The notes under the pieces were generated by a model. It saw nothing but the letters and a program-made list of their open reading frames with translations. It made no database searches and had not been told where the DNA came from. Of a stretch of 64,000 nt of DNA, positions 37,576 to 50,887 are shown one piece after another (the stretch's first letter is position 1; each line of letters opens with the position of its first letter). Source of the stretch: Camelus dromedarius (Eukaryota). The translations under genes were made by a program, and so were the position numbers. The stretch is from the NCBI RefSeq assembly GCF_036321535.1, contig NC_087437.1, positions 37,140,001-37,204,000 on the forward strand, read 5' to 3'.

Positions 37576-38040
37576 GAAGAGGACCAGACTACCTACATGA
37601 CCCCAAACTACACCACTTTAGCAGGTGGGTTGTTTAATCTGAAGGCAATCAACACCCAGCAGACTCAAGAAAAACTTCTGCTTCTCCCTTAAGAATTTAG
37701 ATGGGGGGGTCTGGCTCAGGGAGAGCTATTACCAAAGATAACTTTCATCTGCATGACCTATCTAATTTGCAGGACAATATCTAATTACCAAGCATCCTGC
37801 TCTTCTTATTGTCTTGTGAATTATCCTCCTCCCCTTTGGAGCCCCAGACCCCTATCCCTTCCCTTAGCTCAGGAAGGCTTATAAACCTCAACTGCCTGAC
37901 TTACCCTTGAGTTCCATATTCTAAGGGATTCTCATATGTATGACCTTAAATTTGTCTTTCTCCTGTAAATCTGTTTCATGTCAATTTAATTCCTAGACTA
38001 GCCAAAGAAGTGTAGGAGGAAAAATTTTTTTTTCCCAACA
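37576..38040 (+). mobile_element. ERV1 solo LTR (MER34-like)
   Basis: tgaagagg...accccaaa...cttataaacctcaactgcc...tctcctgtaaatctgtttcatgtcaatttaatt...tttcccaaca (TG...CA ends). Confidence 0.75.
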
Positions 38041-38324
38041 AAACCACATGTAGAGCAAAAGTGTGTAAAACTACTGCCCGACTACCTTCCAGCTTAAACA
38101 CTGTCAAGATCAAAGGAACAGTCTGCAAGTTAGTTTAACCAGATGTGAATTCACTATAACCAAAGATGCTGGCCAGCCTCCAACTCAGCTGGACCCTTGC
38201 TTGTACCAACTACCCCCTAGAATGAAAGAATTAACACTGTGTGGGAAAAACAAAATTTTACTTCAGACTCCACTGTTCTTTTTCTACACTATGTCTGGAA
38301 TATAATAAAAAAAATTAGGAGACA

Positions 38325-39860
38325 GAGAGAGAGATCACCCAGATGGCCACGTAGGTCATTCCTGCTCTTGCTCCCCCTCACAAGAATAACAACTAACGTG
38401 TTCAAAAACAAGATACTACCGAAGGACTCCTAGAATGTGGGGGTAAACCTGAAGCATCTCTCTTCGCCACACAGACCAAGAAAGACTGCATTAGAAGGAG
38501 AAGACAAGTGACTTCACATTGACCACATTGCTCTCCCCCAGGACAGTGTGGCACCACACAGAGAGGTCTTCCCTAAGCCAATGGTTCCTCCGGGGGAAAC
38601 GAAAACCCAAGGGAGACAACCAGCCTCCCCGAGAATTCTGAGTCGTTTTGTGGGAGCCCCTGTTCTGATCTTGCACCACAGGGACTGCAGGAGAATCTGT
38701 GGGTCCCAGTTACCGGAAATCTGACTCTGAGGAGGAAGGTGAGAAGGGCTTGCAACCAGCAGCACGTGGATCTTAGCAGACCTAAGTTCCTACCCGCAGT
38801 GCCCAAGTAGTAATCACAACCAGCAGCTTTGCTCATACTCAGAAGCAAGTCAGTGGTGCACTCCAATCAGGAAACTTGGCAGGTCCAGATCTGCCTGATT
38901 TGGATCCTCAAACTAGGAGTTATTCTGGCCCTAGAGCCTGGTTTGACCAACTTCAGACAAGGTGTTGAGTCACACCTCCACCCACTGTGGAGAATGATTT
39001 CTAGCCTCATGTGACCAGAAAGGTTGGTAACAATTCCTGGAAGCTGTTGTGCCCAGCAGTGCCCAAGCTGAGGGAAGGGCAGACAGAACTGATCATTTGT
39101 GCAGCAAATCCAGTAGCCCTGTTTGACCAGGGAACTTGGAGTGTGAATCAACTTGAGTTAAGATAACAAACCAAGAGCTTGACCGGTTTTAGAGGTGCCT
39201 CTTCAGCTGTGCCCAGGCAAGGAACCTAATCTGTGTTGCTGCTCATCTCTGAACACAGTCTTCAGCCTGGCCAGCCAGGGAACCTAACCAGGGCGCACGG
39301 AAAGCCAGGCCACTCATGCAACAGAGCTATGGAAAGTGGCGCTGGAGCATAGCCCACGGAGCAGAGCAAAACAGGTGGCCTCACCTGGCCAAGGAATTCA
39401 GTACACACTTAGGCCTGATTGGGGCCCTCAGACAATAAGCTGTACAGGGCCTGGGCACTGACATGCTCACCTGCCAGAGCAGGGACTCTTATTCACAGTC
39501 CTACTCACCACTGAGCATAGTACCTAGAGTCCACCACCCAGGATGCTTGACCAGAGATTGTCGGAATTGTGGAGCTCACCCTCCAGCATCACTTGGGCAG
39601 GACCCGAATCAGCAGTCCTGTCCAACTTTTTCAGCTAGTTGCACACCTCCTCATCTCCATCCTCAAAGCTCAACCAGTTGCCTTGACCCCAAATAGACCA
39701 TAATGGCAAGCTCCACCTGCCCAAGCACTTTACCACCAGACACCCTCAGAAACCCAAACTAAGATGACCTGTGAACTGTCTCAAAGCAAATCTGTAAAGT
39801 CTGGGAAAGGAGTCCCATTACTCAAATGTGCAGATACCAGTGTAAAGAATCAAGGATCAC
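38325..39860 (+). mobile_element. Old L1 5' UTR up to the ORF1 start region, without the rest of the element
   Basis: Begins with an L1-like cagatggccacgtagg (YY1-site region), is GC-elevated for 1.5 kb, and ends ctcaaatgtgcagataccagtgtaaagaatcaaggatcac, typical of the L1M ORF1 entry. Confidence 0.6.
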
Positions 39861-40042
39861 AGGAGATGGGATTTTCACTATTAGAGATAGGAATTTAAAC
39901 ATTTGAAAGGGGCAAATTAGGATATACCTTGTAATTGAAGTATTAGTAGGAATTCTGAAATCATAGCTACATATGTAGTATGTTTATTGTGTGTGTTACA
40001 TGTGTGTGTATTCATCTTCAATCTTTTTGCACTGAGTTTAGA

Positions 40043-40255
40043 ATAGCATCATCTAAGAGAATTTTCCTATAATGGTGGAAATGTTTTATATATGTGCTGT
40101 CAACCACATTACTAGCCACATTTGGTTATTAAATACCTGAAATGTGACTAGTATGATTGAGAAACTTACTTTTAATTATATTTAATTGTAATAAATGTTT
40201 ATTTATATTAAAATAGCTACATTTTGCTAATGGCTATTATTTTTGACAGCACAGA
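40043..40255 (+). mobile_element. MER3-like hAT-Charlie MITE
   Basis: aattttcctataatggtggaaatgttttatatatgtgctgtc...tagccacatttggttattaaatacctgaaatgtgactagt...ttgacagcacag. Confidence 0.8.
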
Positions 40256-41024
40256 CCTAAAAGCAAGAATATACCATTAGCAATGAATATACAGAGAACC
40301 TAGATTCTGATTTTTAAATTCCAATTCTTACTAAAAGAAACCAGGACGCTTTGGAGAAAAGGTTGCTTCCAGAGCTGGAATGTATGAGATGAATTTGGGA
40401 AATCTCATTATATCCAAAAGTAAAGGAGCTCTGAAAGAACGAAGAATCATACCTAAATAATATGAGAACCAGCTTGAAGGATTCCTGCTGGTCGTATCTG
40501 GAACACATGAACACCAAAATAATGATCACAATGAATTATAACCCCTTAGATGAAACATAGACTCTATGAGTCCATCTGGATAGAAATAAGTTCATAAACA
40601 AATAGGAAAAAAAAGAAAAAACTATTTCTTAGAGTAGAATGTCAATTGGTAATGATGAAAAAATAATGGAAGTAGAAAGTTATTAGTAGATCCTAAAACT
40701 AGTTAGTGAATATTTGATGAAGTACAGGGTATTTACATACTCTCAAAATAGCTATATTTATGTAGTCTTGAAATATTCCTCAACAAAATACATCAATTAC
40801 CAGGAAAAATAATATTAACAGTAAAGAGACTTGGCAGACACTGTCTTAAACAAGTGATTTAATTTTTTACATGTACAAATATAGGGACAAGCCAACATCA
40901 TGTTTCTTGATATCATACTCTGAGAAGAACATAAAATCATTTATGTAGTATTTCTGCCAAAAATGCGTAACCTGCATTCAATCATAAGGGATTTTCAGAG
41001 AAAACCAAACTGAAACACATTCTT

Positions 41025-41076
41025 AGAAAAGAAAAGAAAAGAAAAGAAAAGAAAAGAAAAGAAAAGAAGAGAAAAG
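41025..41076. repeat. (AAAAG)n pentanucleotide microsatellite
   Basis: Direct reading, about 10 units. Confidence 0.95.
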
Positions 41077-41559
41077 TAGTAGTCTGTACAGTTAAAATGT
41101 CAAGGTTAAGAGAGAGAGTATTTCAGGTTAAATGAGACTAAAAATAAATGGCACCTAAATGTAATGCATGATCCTAGATCATGAAAACAAACAGCCATTA
41201 AGGGCATTAATGGGGGTACAATTCACAAAATAGGAGAATGGACTGAGTTTAGATAATAGCATTGTATCTATGATATCTAATTTCGAAGATTGCTCTGTGG
41301 TCATATGAAAGAGTGTTTTTGTTCTAAGGAAGCACATACTGAATTATTTCAGGGAAAGTGGCAAAGTTATCTCTAATTTACTCTCTAATTATTTGGAAAA
41401 ATTCAGAAAACATATGGGGGGAAAATGTAAAGGATTCTGGATAAAAGAATCTGGTAAAGGATTCTTTGAATGATCCTTGAAACTTTTCTGTAAATTTAAA
41501 AGTATACAAACAATTTAAATTTAAATCAACTGTATTTCTAAATAAAAGCAAAAAATGAA

Positions 41560-42000
41560 AATGAAATTTAAAAAGTATAATAACATCAAAAACCATAAAG
41601 CACTTAGACATGCATTTAATAAAAACTGTGGTACATATCATATAAAACACGGCAGACTCAGTAGCTTAAGGTATCAGTCTTTTCAAAGTAATCTATAGAA
41701 GTAACTCAACCCCAGTCAAAATTGTCAGGCTCTTTTTATAGAATTTGACAAGCTAATTTAAAAACTTACATGCAAAGGACCTAGAATGACTCCTGAAACT
41801 TCTTTGAAAAAGAATAACAAAATTGGAGTAAGAATATGATGTGACTTCAGAACTTACTGGCATGCTATACCACTTGAGACATTAGCAAACGATAGATAAA
41901 TAAATCAAAGGAAGAGAATAGAGAATCTAGAAAATAACTTACATATATAAAGTTGATTTTCTGCAGAAATACCAATGCAAACAAATGGACACTGGAAAGT
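41560..42000 (+). mobile_element. Degraded L1 ORF2 fragment
   Basis: agaatttgacaagctaatttaaaaacttacatgcaaaggacctagaat...tttgaaaaagaataacaaaattggag. Confidence 0.7.
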
Positions 42001-43639
42001 CAGTTTCTCTCTCTCAAGAGAGAAAATGACCTGAAGTATGTATGTATTTTAAAGAGTGCTGTTATTTTCATAATATGCTAAAAAAAAAAAAAAAAGATTT
42101 CCTTTACTGCAAGAGCTGCTTCCTCACTTTCAAGTATTATTTTCATTAACTCGTAGTAAGTAATGTACCTAGAAAAATTCTAAATGTTCTTGTACTATAT
42201 CAGAATTTGTATGAATTTAAAGTTTCCATAAATGTCATTCTGTTAGGAAATTGCCATGAGTTCCAGCAAACATTACTTCTTAAAAAGCCAAAAGTGGATG
42301 AATGAGCATAAATGATAAAACTATGGAGTGGTATATAAAATTGATGCTCAGCTGTGGAATTAATCTTATTATGATCATGTGACTCTACTGTCACATGTAG
42401 TATGCATACAGGATTTATTATTATATACCAGCCAAAACATTAAATAATTCATCTTATCTATTAACAACGAGAAATAATTTGGCACAAACAGTAAGAGTAA
42501 ATAATTCTAATTAAAAGTATAATACATTGATTTTCTGATAGTTATGACTTAGGATATTAATTTCTCTTTCTATTCTGAAAAATCTAAAGTCAGCTTGTTG
42601 CATTCAGACCCCATCCACTTAACATCTCATGAATGCAAACTGATTATATCCATGGGGGTTTCTAGTGCTTTGGTCCCAAACTCATGCTGCTTTGTTCTTT
42701 GATTTGGTTCCACAGTTTTAGTACATCAATCATTATCCATTCTTGCACTGAATCAATTTAGTTTCTCTGTCTCTTAACTATTGTCTTCCCAGAGACTTCC
42801 CCAATTTTTTTTTCACTTTATATAGTCTCACTTGTGTACTGTAAGTCTTGGTATAAACTCATGATATATTTAATCTTTAACAATATTTCATAGATCTTTC
42901 TTAAAAAAAACAAGAAACAATGATGGACCTGATAGCACGGAGTGCTCAGAACAGTCTCAAAATACTAGTTTCTATTGAGAGGAACCAGGACTCCCTGAGT
43001 AAATTGCTAATTACAAGTATGAGGTAGGAAATAAAGATGAACTTGGAATATAATATGATATAAAAAACTATGAAACTATAAAAAATAATAGACATATCAA
43101 AAGGATGCAGGAGCCAACTTTCCAAAAATTAAGCAATGAATATATGTATTTATATCAGTTTACATATAAATATTTATATATAGAACATATATTATATTAT
43201 AAATATACACATATACATATATATGCATACATACAATCTGTCTGTATATATATTTAAAATGATTGAAAGACATAAAGTTAACACATGATTTAAATGACAT
43301 TCTAAAGAGAAGAAAAATGAAAGAAATAACACTTCATTTGGAAGATTTTTGGAAAACTACACAATCCTTTAACTAGTTTTTTAAAAAGAAAGAAAACATA
43401 TCCCTGCATTTTTCTATATGATTGGTACCTGAGATTAAAAAGAAGAAAATTATAAAGAGGTTTTTTTTATAAAAATAATACAGCACTTAAATGAATAAGA
43501 AATAATAGAACTAGAACATTGTCATATTGAAACTCCTAATGATTTAATGTCTGGGCAGTATTGTACACAGATGGCACTGACATGAATAGAGAGAGACCAC
43601 TAGACATTATGGGCCTGCTAACAGACATACACAACATAA

Positions 43640-43950
43640 CACAATAAAGAAACAAACTCACAGAAAAAGAGATCAAATTTGTGGTCACTGGGGGCAAGGA
43701 TTGGAAAGAGGTGGAATTGGGTGAAAGTGGTTAAAAGACATAAATGTGCGGTTATAAGAGAAATAAGTACTAGGGATATAATGTACAATGTGTTTAACTT
43801 AATTAATATTGCTGTGTTATAACAAAGTAGTTAAGAGAGTAAATCCTGAGTTCTCATTACAAGGGAAAATTTTTTTTCTTTTATTTTGTATCTGTTTGAG
43901 AAGATAGTTGTTCACCAATCTTATTGTGGTATTCATTTCATGAAGTATGT
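43640..43950 (+). mobile_element. L1 3' UTR fragment
   Basis: aacaaactcacagaaaaagagatcaaatttgtggtcac...ttataagagaaataagtactagggatataatgtacaa...taagagagtaaatcctgagttctcattac. Confidence 0.8.
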
Positions 43951-45047
43951 AGAGACTTCCCCTACTTTAGATCACTTTAGGTAATCCTTTATGGACAATA
44001 GGGAGGCGAGCTGCCAAGAGAAACTTTAATGAGAGAATAATAAAATTGGTGCAACCACTATTAACTTGTATTCCTTTATTCACTGGAAATGTCTGGGAAT
44101 TTGGAGGGTGGGTGGAATGGGTAGAACAGGCAAGTAGTTTAGAGATATATTCTTGGTCTTGAGGTATACTGATTGATTTAAGTTAAGGACACTACTCTTT
44201 TCTCATACAGTGAAAAAAATATTATCTAGAAAGATAAGAATAATTATTTAAAAGTACAGTAAGTTAAGGCCAATAAATACATAAATATATTAACTATAAT
44301 ACTTAGAAGGGTAATTTAAAAAGAAAAAAGTGATGTATTTTCTTCTATCAAACTGACAATTATTTTATTTTAGCAGTAATACAATTGTTGGCAAAGATTT
44401 AGTCAAGTGTACAGCTTCCCATGTTGGTGGTGGAGGATAAATTGGTATAACCATTCTGAAAAGCAATTTGGCAATATGCCTTAAGACTTTTACAAAACAC
44501 AATATTAGATCCACAAATTCTACTTCTAAGAATTTTGGTTTAGGAAATAATCTTAGAGGTGGATGCATCTGTGTAAGAAGATGCTCATTAGTAATTTATG
44601 CAGCAGTGAATCATAAGAAATTACTGATATATCTATGAAGAACTAATGGTTAAGAAAATAATACCAAAATTTTACAATGAAACACTTCGTAGTCATTAGA
44701 GCCTTTAATTACTTTTGAAGAATATTCACTTACAAAAAATGTTGTCCATGAAAAAATAGTAAAAACTATCTGGATATAATACTAATACATTTTGTTAGAG
44801 AAGGAGAAAAAGACTAGAAGTCAGTACTCTAAAAATTTTATAAGAAAAGAACCACATAAGTCAAGTGGGTAAATAATCCTGTATAAGGTACGTTATAGTA
44901 TGTAGACGCCATGAGCCACCTCTAGCAGACTGCTTAGCTTACAGTTTCCTCAAGCACTGATGTTTAAAATTTAGAAAGTGTTTATATGAAACATACACAC
45001 AGAAGTTTCAAGAACATGACAGTGGGACACAATGCTTGATCTACTAT

Positions 45048-45244
45048 AAAGTTTTTCAACTTCACCACTATTGACATTTTGAAACAGAGAATTATTGTTG
45101 TGAGGGTCTGTCCTGTGCATTGTAGGAGGTTTAATGTATCCTTGGCCTCCACCCACTAAGGGCCAGTTGTGACAACCAAAAATAATCCAGATATTGCCAA
45201 ATGTCCACCAGGGCATAAGACTGTCCCCCTATTGAGAACCACTG
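45048..45244 (-). mobile_element. MER20
   Basis: cactattgacattttg...ctgtcctgtgcattgtagga...gttgtgacaaccaaaaat..ccagatattgccaaatgtcc...ttgagaaccactg. Confidence 0.9.
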
Positions 45245-45339
45245 ACCTACAGCAACCTCTCACCACAATGAGGAACATAGCATCTAATCAAATCACTGAG
45301 ACCAAAACCGTAGAAGCAGTATTAATAAAGTGGTGTGGC

Positions 45340-45778
45340 TCTGACAAAGACACTCTCCTTGACCGAGCTCTAGTCAGGCTCCTGTGTATCTTCTTTCCAA
45401 CTACACCTCAACCTTTGGACTTTCGTGTTTGTCTTTATATTGCCTGATTTTAGCAAAAATCCTGCTAAGTCCTTTTAGCAAAAATCTCCTGCCTAGATAT
45501 CTGATCAATATTTAATCAAATTTCTCATCTTCTACCATCTCCCAGGTGATACCTGATCACACTGGCCTGCCTTCAGCAAGAATCCTGTCAGTTTAGGCAA
45601 AATTTTATCCTCCATTGACCACCCGACTTGCTCTTTGGCTATAAACCCCCACTTTGTCTTGTATTTAGAACTGAGCCCAGTTCTATACTGAAGTCTTTTT
45701 TCCCCCCTATTTCAATAGTTCTTGAGTAAAATCTGTTTTACCACTTTAACAACTGTCCAGCTCTGATTTTCTCTGGCA
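45340..45778 (+). mobile_element. ERV1 solo LTR (MER31-like)
   Basis: tgacaaagacactctccttgacc...tagtcaggctcct...agcaagaatcctgtcag...ggctataaacccc...taaaatctgttttaccactttaac. Confidence 0.75.
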
Positions 45779-46884
45779 GGTCCACAGAGAGGTTATATTT
45801 GTTGGAAGAAATCAGAAAGTCCTGTCAACTAGAGATTCCAGACCATTTGAGCAAAACACAGTAAGATTTGGGGGATGTGTAATTAGTTCAGTTTGAGATG
45901 CACTGTGTATCAGATGCCTAAATATATGTATTTATCCTTAACTTCTTAAATCTTTTGTTAAATTTATGCCATATGCCAAGCTTTTAGGAGCCATCTTATG
46001 AAAAGGAAAAAAAAAAAAAAAAAAAAAAAAGGACCCCACTTCGGCCAAACAGGTCAAGTCATTTCCTGTGCAATTCTTTTTAATGTTAAAAAGAGATACC
46101 AAAGATCACAGGGCACATGCACATTAAGTTCTGAGTAGAATAAATGTAAGAGTGAGAAAAAAGCTTCTATATTTTGGATGATGTCTAGTTACTGTTTTCT
46201 TTTAATGTGGGTATGATGTAGGGTACATAATAAACTTCCATCAATGAAGTGCTATTTCAACTACAATTCAGACTTTACTTAGTGTTATAGGCTCACATCC
46301 TTAAAAGTGATGTTAAGTGTTAAAGAAAGAAAAGAGAAAAAAACTGTTCATACTGAGTTTGTGCCATACTCATTTTCTCTAAAGAATGAAAAAATCTAAC
46401 CATTGACAGTATTAATTTTGATTCACCTGAAATAGTCATTCTTAAAATTCAATCTATTTGCAAATAAATGGGTGTCACCTACTTAGCTTCTATTACTTTG
46501 TGTTAATACTTTTTAGTGAAGAAGTAACATATTTATTATTATTAAAATAATCCAATTTAGACCAAAATTAAAATTTTTAGAGCTACTATTTTTTAAATAA
46601 TGTGGTTTAATAAAAACAAAGGAGTAAAAAGAATAAACATTGATATTAATGTCTATAGCTGATTATGAAGTAGCTTCTTTTATTTTAATAAGAATAAAAT
46701 TAAGATGTATTTAATTCAAATATACAATTTTACATAAAATTATGTATTCTATATTCTATATTAACATATTTACATACTGTATCACATGCTTATTATATAT
46801 TTATATAACATATAGTTAGAGTACGTCTGCTAAAGTTAATGGGTAGAAATTAAACATGCCAAAGAACATTAACTGCATAGATGA

Positions 46885-48619
46885 TTGTGTTATGGTGATC
46901 TGTGATCGGTGATCTTTGATGTTACTATTGTAACATCAGTGTTTGGGGCACCATGAACCACACCCATTGATCTGTAAATATTCACGTGTTCTGACTGCTG
47001 CACCTACAGAAGCTATTCTCTCTCTCACTCTCCTAGGGCTCTTCTATTCCCTGAGACATAATAATATTCATATTAGGCTAGTTAATAATCCTACAATGTC
47101 CCCTAAGTGTTCAAGTGAAAGGAAGAGTTGCATGTCTCCCACTATAAATCAAAAGACAGAAATTATGCCTTTAGTGAGGAAGGCATGTTGAAAGCTGAGA
47201 GGTTGAAAGCCAGATCTCTTGCATCGAACAGTTAGCCAAGCTGAGAATGCAAAGGAAAAGTTCTTGAAAGAAGTTAAAAGTGCTACTCTAATTAGCACAC
47301 AAATGATATGAAGCCCAAAAAGCCTTACTGCTGATATGGAGAAAGCTTTAGTGGTCTTATTAGAAAATCAAGTCAGCCACAACTTTCCCTTATCCCACAA
47401 TTTAATCAGAGCATGGCCCTAACTTTTTTCAATTCTGTAAAGGCTGAGAGAGGTGAGGAAGCTACAAAAGAAAAGTTCGAAGCTACCAGACATTGGTTCA
47501 TAAAGTTTAAGGGAAAAAAGCTATCTCCGTAACATAAAAGTGCAAGTCGAAGCAGCAAGTGCCGATGTAGAAGCTGCAGCAAGTTATCCGGAAGATCTAG
47601 CTGAGACGACTAATGAAGTTGGCTACACTAAACAACAGATTTTCAATGAGATGGTCCTATATTGGAAGAAGATGCCAGCTAGGACTTTCATAGTTAGAGA
47701 GGAAAAGTCATTGCCTGCTTCCAAGTGTCAAAGGACAGGTTGACTCTTATGTTAGGAGCTAATGCAGCTGGTGACTTTAAGTCAAAGCCAGTGCTCATTT
47801 ACCATTCCAGAATTTCATGCTCAATCTATTCTGCCTGAGCTGGATGACAGAATTATCTGTTTATTCCAACTCTCATGGATGACTTTGCGGGGTTCGAGAA
47901 CTCGGGGAAGTCACTGAAGATGTGATAGAAATAGCAAGAGAACTAGAATTGTAAGTAATCTGAAGATGTGACTGAATTGCTGCAACCTCATGATTAAAGT
48001 TTAACAGATGAGGAGTTGCTTCCTATGGATGAGCAAAAAAAGTGGTTTATTGAGATGTAATCCACTCCTGGTGAAGATGCTGTGCAGACTGTTGAAATGA
48101 TAACAAATAATTTAGAATAGTACACAACTTAGGTGATTAAAGCAGCAGCTGGGTTTCAGAGGATTGACTTCAGTTTTGAAAGACGTTCTGCCATGGGTCA
48201 AATGCTATCAAATAGCACTGCATGCTACAGAGAATTTGCTTGTGAAAGGAAGAGGCAATCAGTGTGTCAGACTTCACTGTTGTCCTATTTTAAGAAATTG
48301 CCCCAGCCACCCACCCTTCAGCAACCACCACTCTGATCAGTCAGCAGCCATCAAGATCAAAGCAAGACCGGCAAAAGATTACAGCTCACTGAAGGTTCAG
48401 ATGATGATTCGCATTTTTTAGCAATAAAGTACTTCTAATTAAGGTATGTACTTTTTTTTTACTTAATGCTATTACATACTTAATAGATTATAGTACAGTG
48501 TAAACATAACTTTTATATGCACTGAGAAACCAAAGCATTCATGTGATTCATTTTATTGTAATATTTGTTTAATTGCTGTGGTCTGGAACCAAACCTGCAG
48601 TATCTCTGAGGTATGCCTG
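46885..48619 (+). mobile_element. Tigger1 (TcMar) DNA transposon, left end missing and internally deleted; transposase pseudogene remnants
   Basis: Remnant ORF 47540-47743 [18 protein letters not shown]...GYTKQQIFN...LYWKKMP.RTFI.REEKS and 48133-48336 AAAGFQRID.SFERRS.MGQMLSNS.ACYRE...QTSLLSYFKKLPQPP. Right TIR atctctgaggtatgcctg is followed by TA. Confidence 0.93.
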
Positions 48620-50250
48620 TATAATAAAAATACTTTCTACCCTAGACTATGTCCTCTAATGGTGTTTATTTGTATACTTTTGACTGCTTAAAGCCATAAT
48701 ATCACTGTATCATTGTATAAATTCAAACAATAACTTAGACATAGGTATTATGTTACTGTTTCTCCTAAATAAACCAAAGTCACCCTAAATAAATCAATCA
48801 AAACTCCTAATACAGTTTTATATGGAGCCACTGAAGGAAAGTTCTTTGTAGCAAACAAAATTTCTAGAGGCTTTCGGCTAATAACTGTTAAATATTTAAT
48901 GACTCTTAAAAGCCTGAGTCTCCAACTTTGGTTTATTCTTAAGTATCCAAAGCTTTATCTGACCTTGAATTCACAACCTTAATGAAATCAAAACTGGTTG
49001 TTTTGTCCTCCTTTGTACTATTCAGATGTTAGCTTTTCAAAACATATGAACACATGATGTCAAAATTAAGAACTTAAGAAAAAGAATCTTAGCATCTCAC
49101 CACAAATGTTTTCTTTTAATAATAAAAAAGAAATCAATCTGTATGTGTAATCTTAGATTTAAATGATGGCTTGGCAATAATGGGCACTTATCAATCTGCA
49201 TGATCTTGTAAAACGACTTCAAAATGTTTAAGTATTGCAGAGTACTTTATGCTATTTTTAAAATAAACATTATACTTATTAAAATATTTATAAGGAATTT
49301 ATAGTTCCTTATAATTATTATTTACCCTCATACCTGACTCCAGTGATATAATGAAATAACTGTAATTAGGCAACTGTATTATTGTCAAGCTTAAATGCTA
49401 GTCTGTTATTTTTTCATTCTCTTAAATTTTCAGTCACCATTTTACTTTACAAAGAAAAGTTATTGTAAATTTTCTATTTTCTCTGAAAATTTTATGATTT
49501 TTAGGTTACAGATGGGATGCAATGCAGAAGACCTAAGATACATTACAAAAGTCATTCTCAGGCTATCATTTCTTGTCCAATCTGAATTATAAACCTTTTA
49601 AAAACATTTTCTAGAATATCTAAAGATCTATGGGATTGCTTTAAACATTGGCTCTACCAACAAATCTTTTTTAAATTTGTGTGACAAGAGGAAAAAGTCT
49701 CATACATATCTGTATTGCAAATGACTCTAAATATAGTTGATTTGAAGACAACATTTTAATATCAGGCTAGATGTATATTTAAATACCATGGTTATATTGA
49801 TTAAGTGTACAATTATTAAGATTTATAAAAGACACCATACTTTTGAAATATTTGGCATGTGTTTTAACAGTGAGCCTAAAAGAGGAAACTAATATTTACA
49901 ATATTTCAGTGTCCAGAACTCAGCAAGCAGGAGGTTATATATTTATATCAGGCCCAAAGTAATTTTACTTCTTACACTTTTATAAAAGGTTAGTTATAAC
50001 CCACAGTCTTAGCAAATCTTTAGAATAAAATTTTGTCTCTAACCCATATGTTGTAGATAGGATAGGACTAAAAGATTATAAATCAAAGAATGTAATTGCT
50101 GTTGAAATGAAAAGAGTGCATGGATCTGCTGACTTCTGGGTCAATATAACAAACAATGCACATCCTCCCTCGCATGTAAGAAACAGAATCAGAAGTAGAA
50201 ATAATAGATGAAAAAAAAGTACAAATAGGTGTAGATATAGATATAGCTAT

Positions 50251-50801
50251 TATAAGGGAATAAAACATGCCATACCAAAATGTGTCTCTTTGTTTTCAGC
50301 ATTATCTTGGGCTGATTGTTTTTAAGAAACAAAAAGCTCAGGAAGAACTTTACCTTCTCCCCTTAACTGCCTAAAATAATTTAGGCAAAGTGTCGGTTTC
50401 AGGGAGAAGAATGATCACCCTAGATAACTAAAATAAAATATGAACTAGGTATGGTAGACTAGGGGGAACTTAGTAAGGCCTTCATTGATCTAAGTCTCCT
50501 CTGTGTCTCACTGTTTCTGCATAGCACGGCAAACATTTTTACCAGAGTTGTTGCTCCGTCTCTACGTGAGTTGCCTTCTTCCCCTTTGAAGTCCCAGACC
50601 TCAACCACATCTCCTCTCAGATGCCATATAAGCCTCAATTGCCTAACTTGTCCTTGGGCCTCATATTCTTATGGAGCCCCTGTGTGTACATAATTAAATT
50701 CGGTTTTTCTCCTGTTAATCTGTCTAACGTCAATTTAACTCTTAGGCCACCAAAAGAATCCAGAAAGGGCAGAGGAAAGGTTTTGTTTCTCCCCCACTAC
50801 G
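50251..50801 (+). mobile_element. ERV1 solo LTR (MER34-like)
   Basis: catgccataccaaaatgtgtctctttg...catataagcctcaattgcc...ttctcctgttaatctgtctaacgtcaatttaa...ttctcccccactac. Confidence 0.75.
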
Positions 50802-50887
50802 TATAATTCTAGATACATAGGTAATCTCTAGCTATAATCTATTACATATGTTCATATATTTAATTATATATTATTTATTTGAATTCT

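Larger units (their letters stand above)
39870..41520 (+). mobile_element. L1MC-type 3' region (degraded), interrupted by MER3
   Basis: cttggcagacactgtcttaaacaagtgat...ctgagaagaacataaaatcatttatgtagtatttctgccaaaaatg...cttgaaacttttctgtaaattt. Confidence 0.65.

Noticed and set aside
38491..39696. Several short ORFs as a gene
   Set aside because: They lie within the L1 5' UTR-like block, where higher GC explains them.
47540..48421. Domesticated TIGD1-like transposase gene
   Set aside because: Multiple stops, frameshifts and an internal deletion make it an ordinary Tigger1 fossil.
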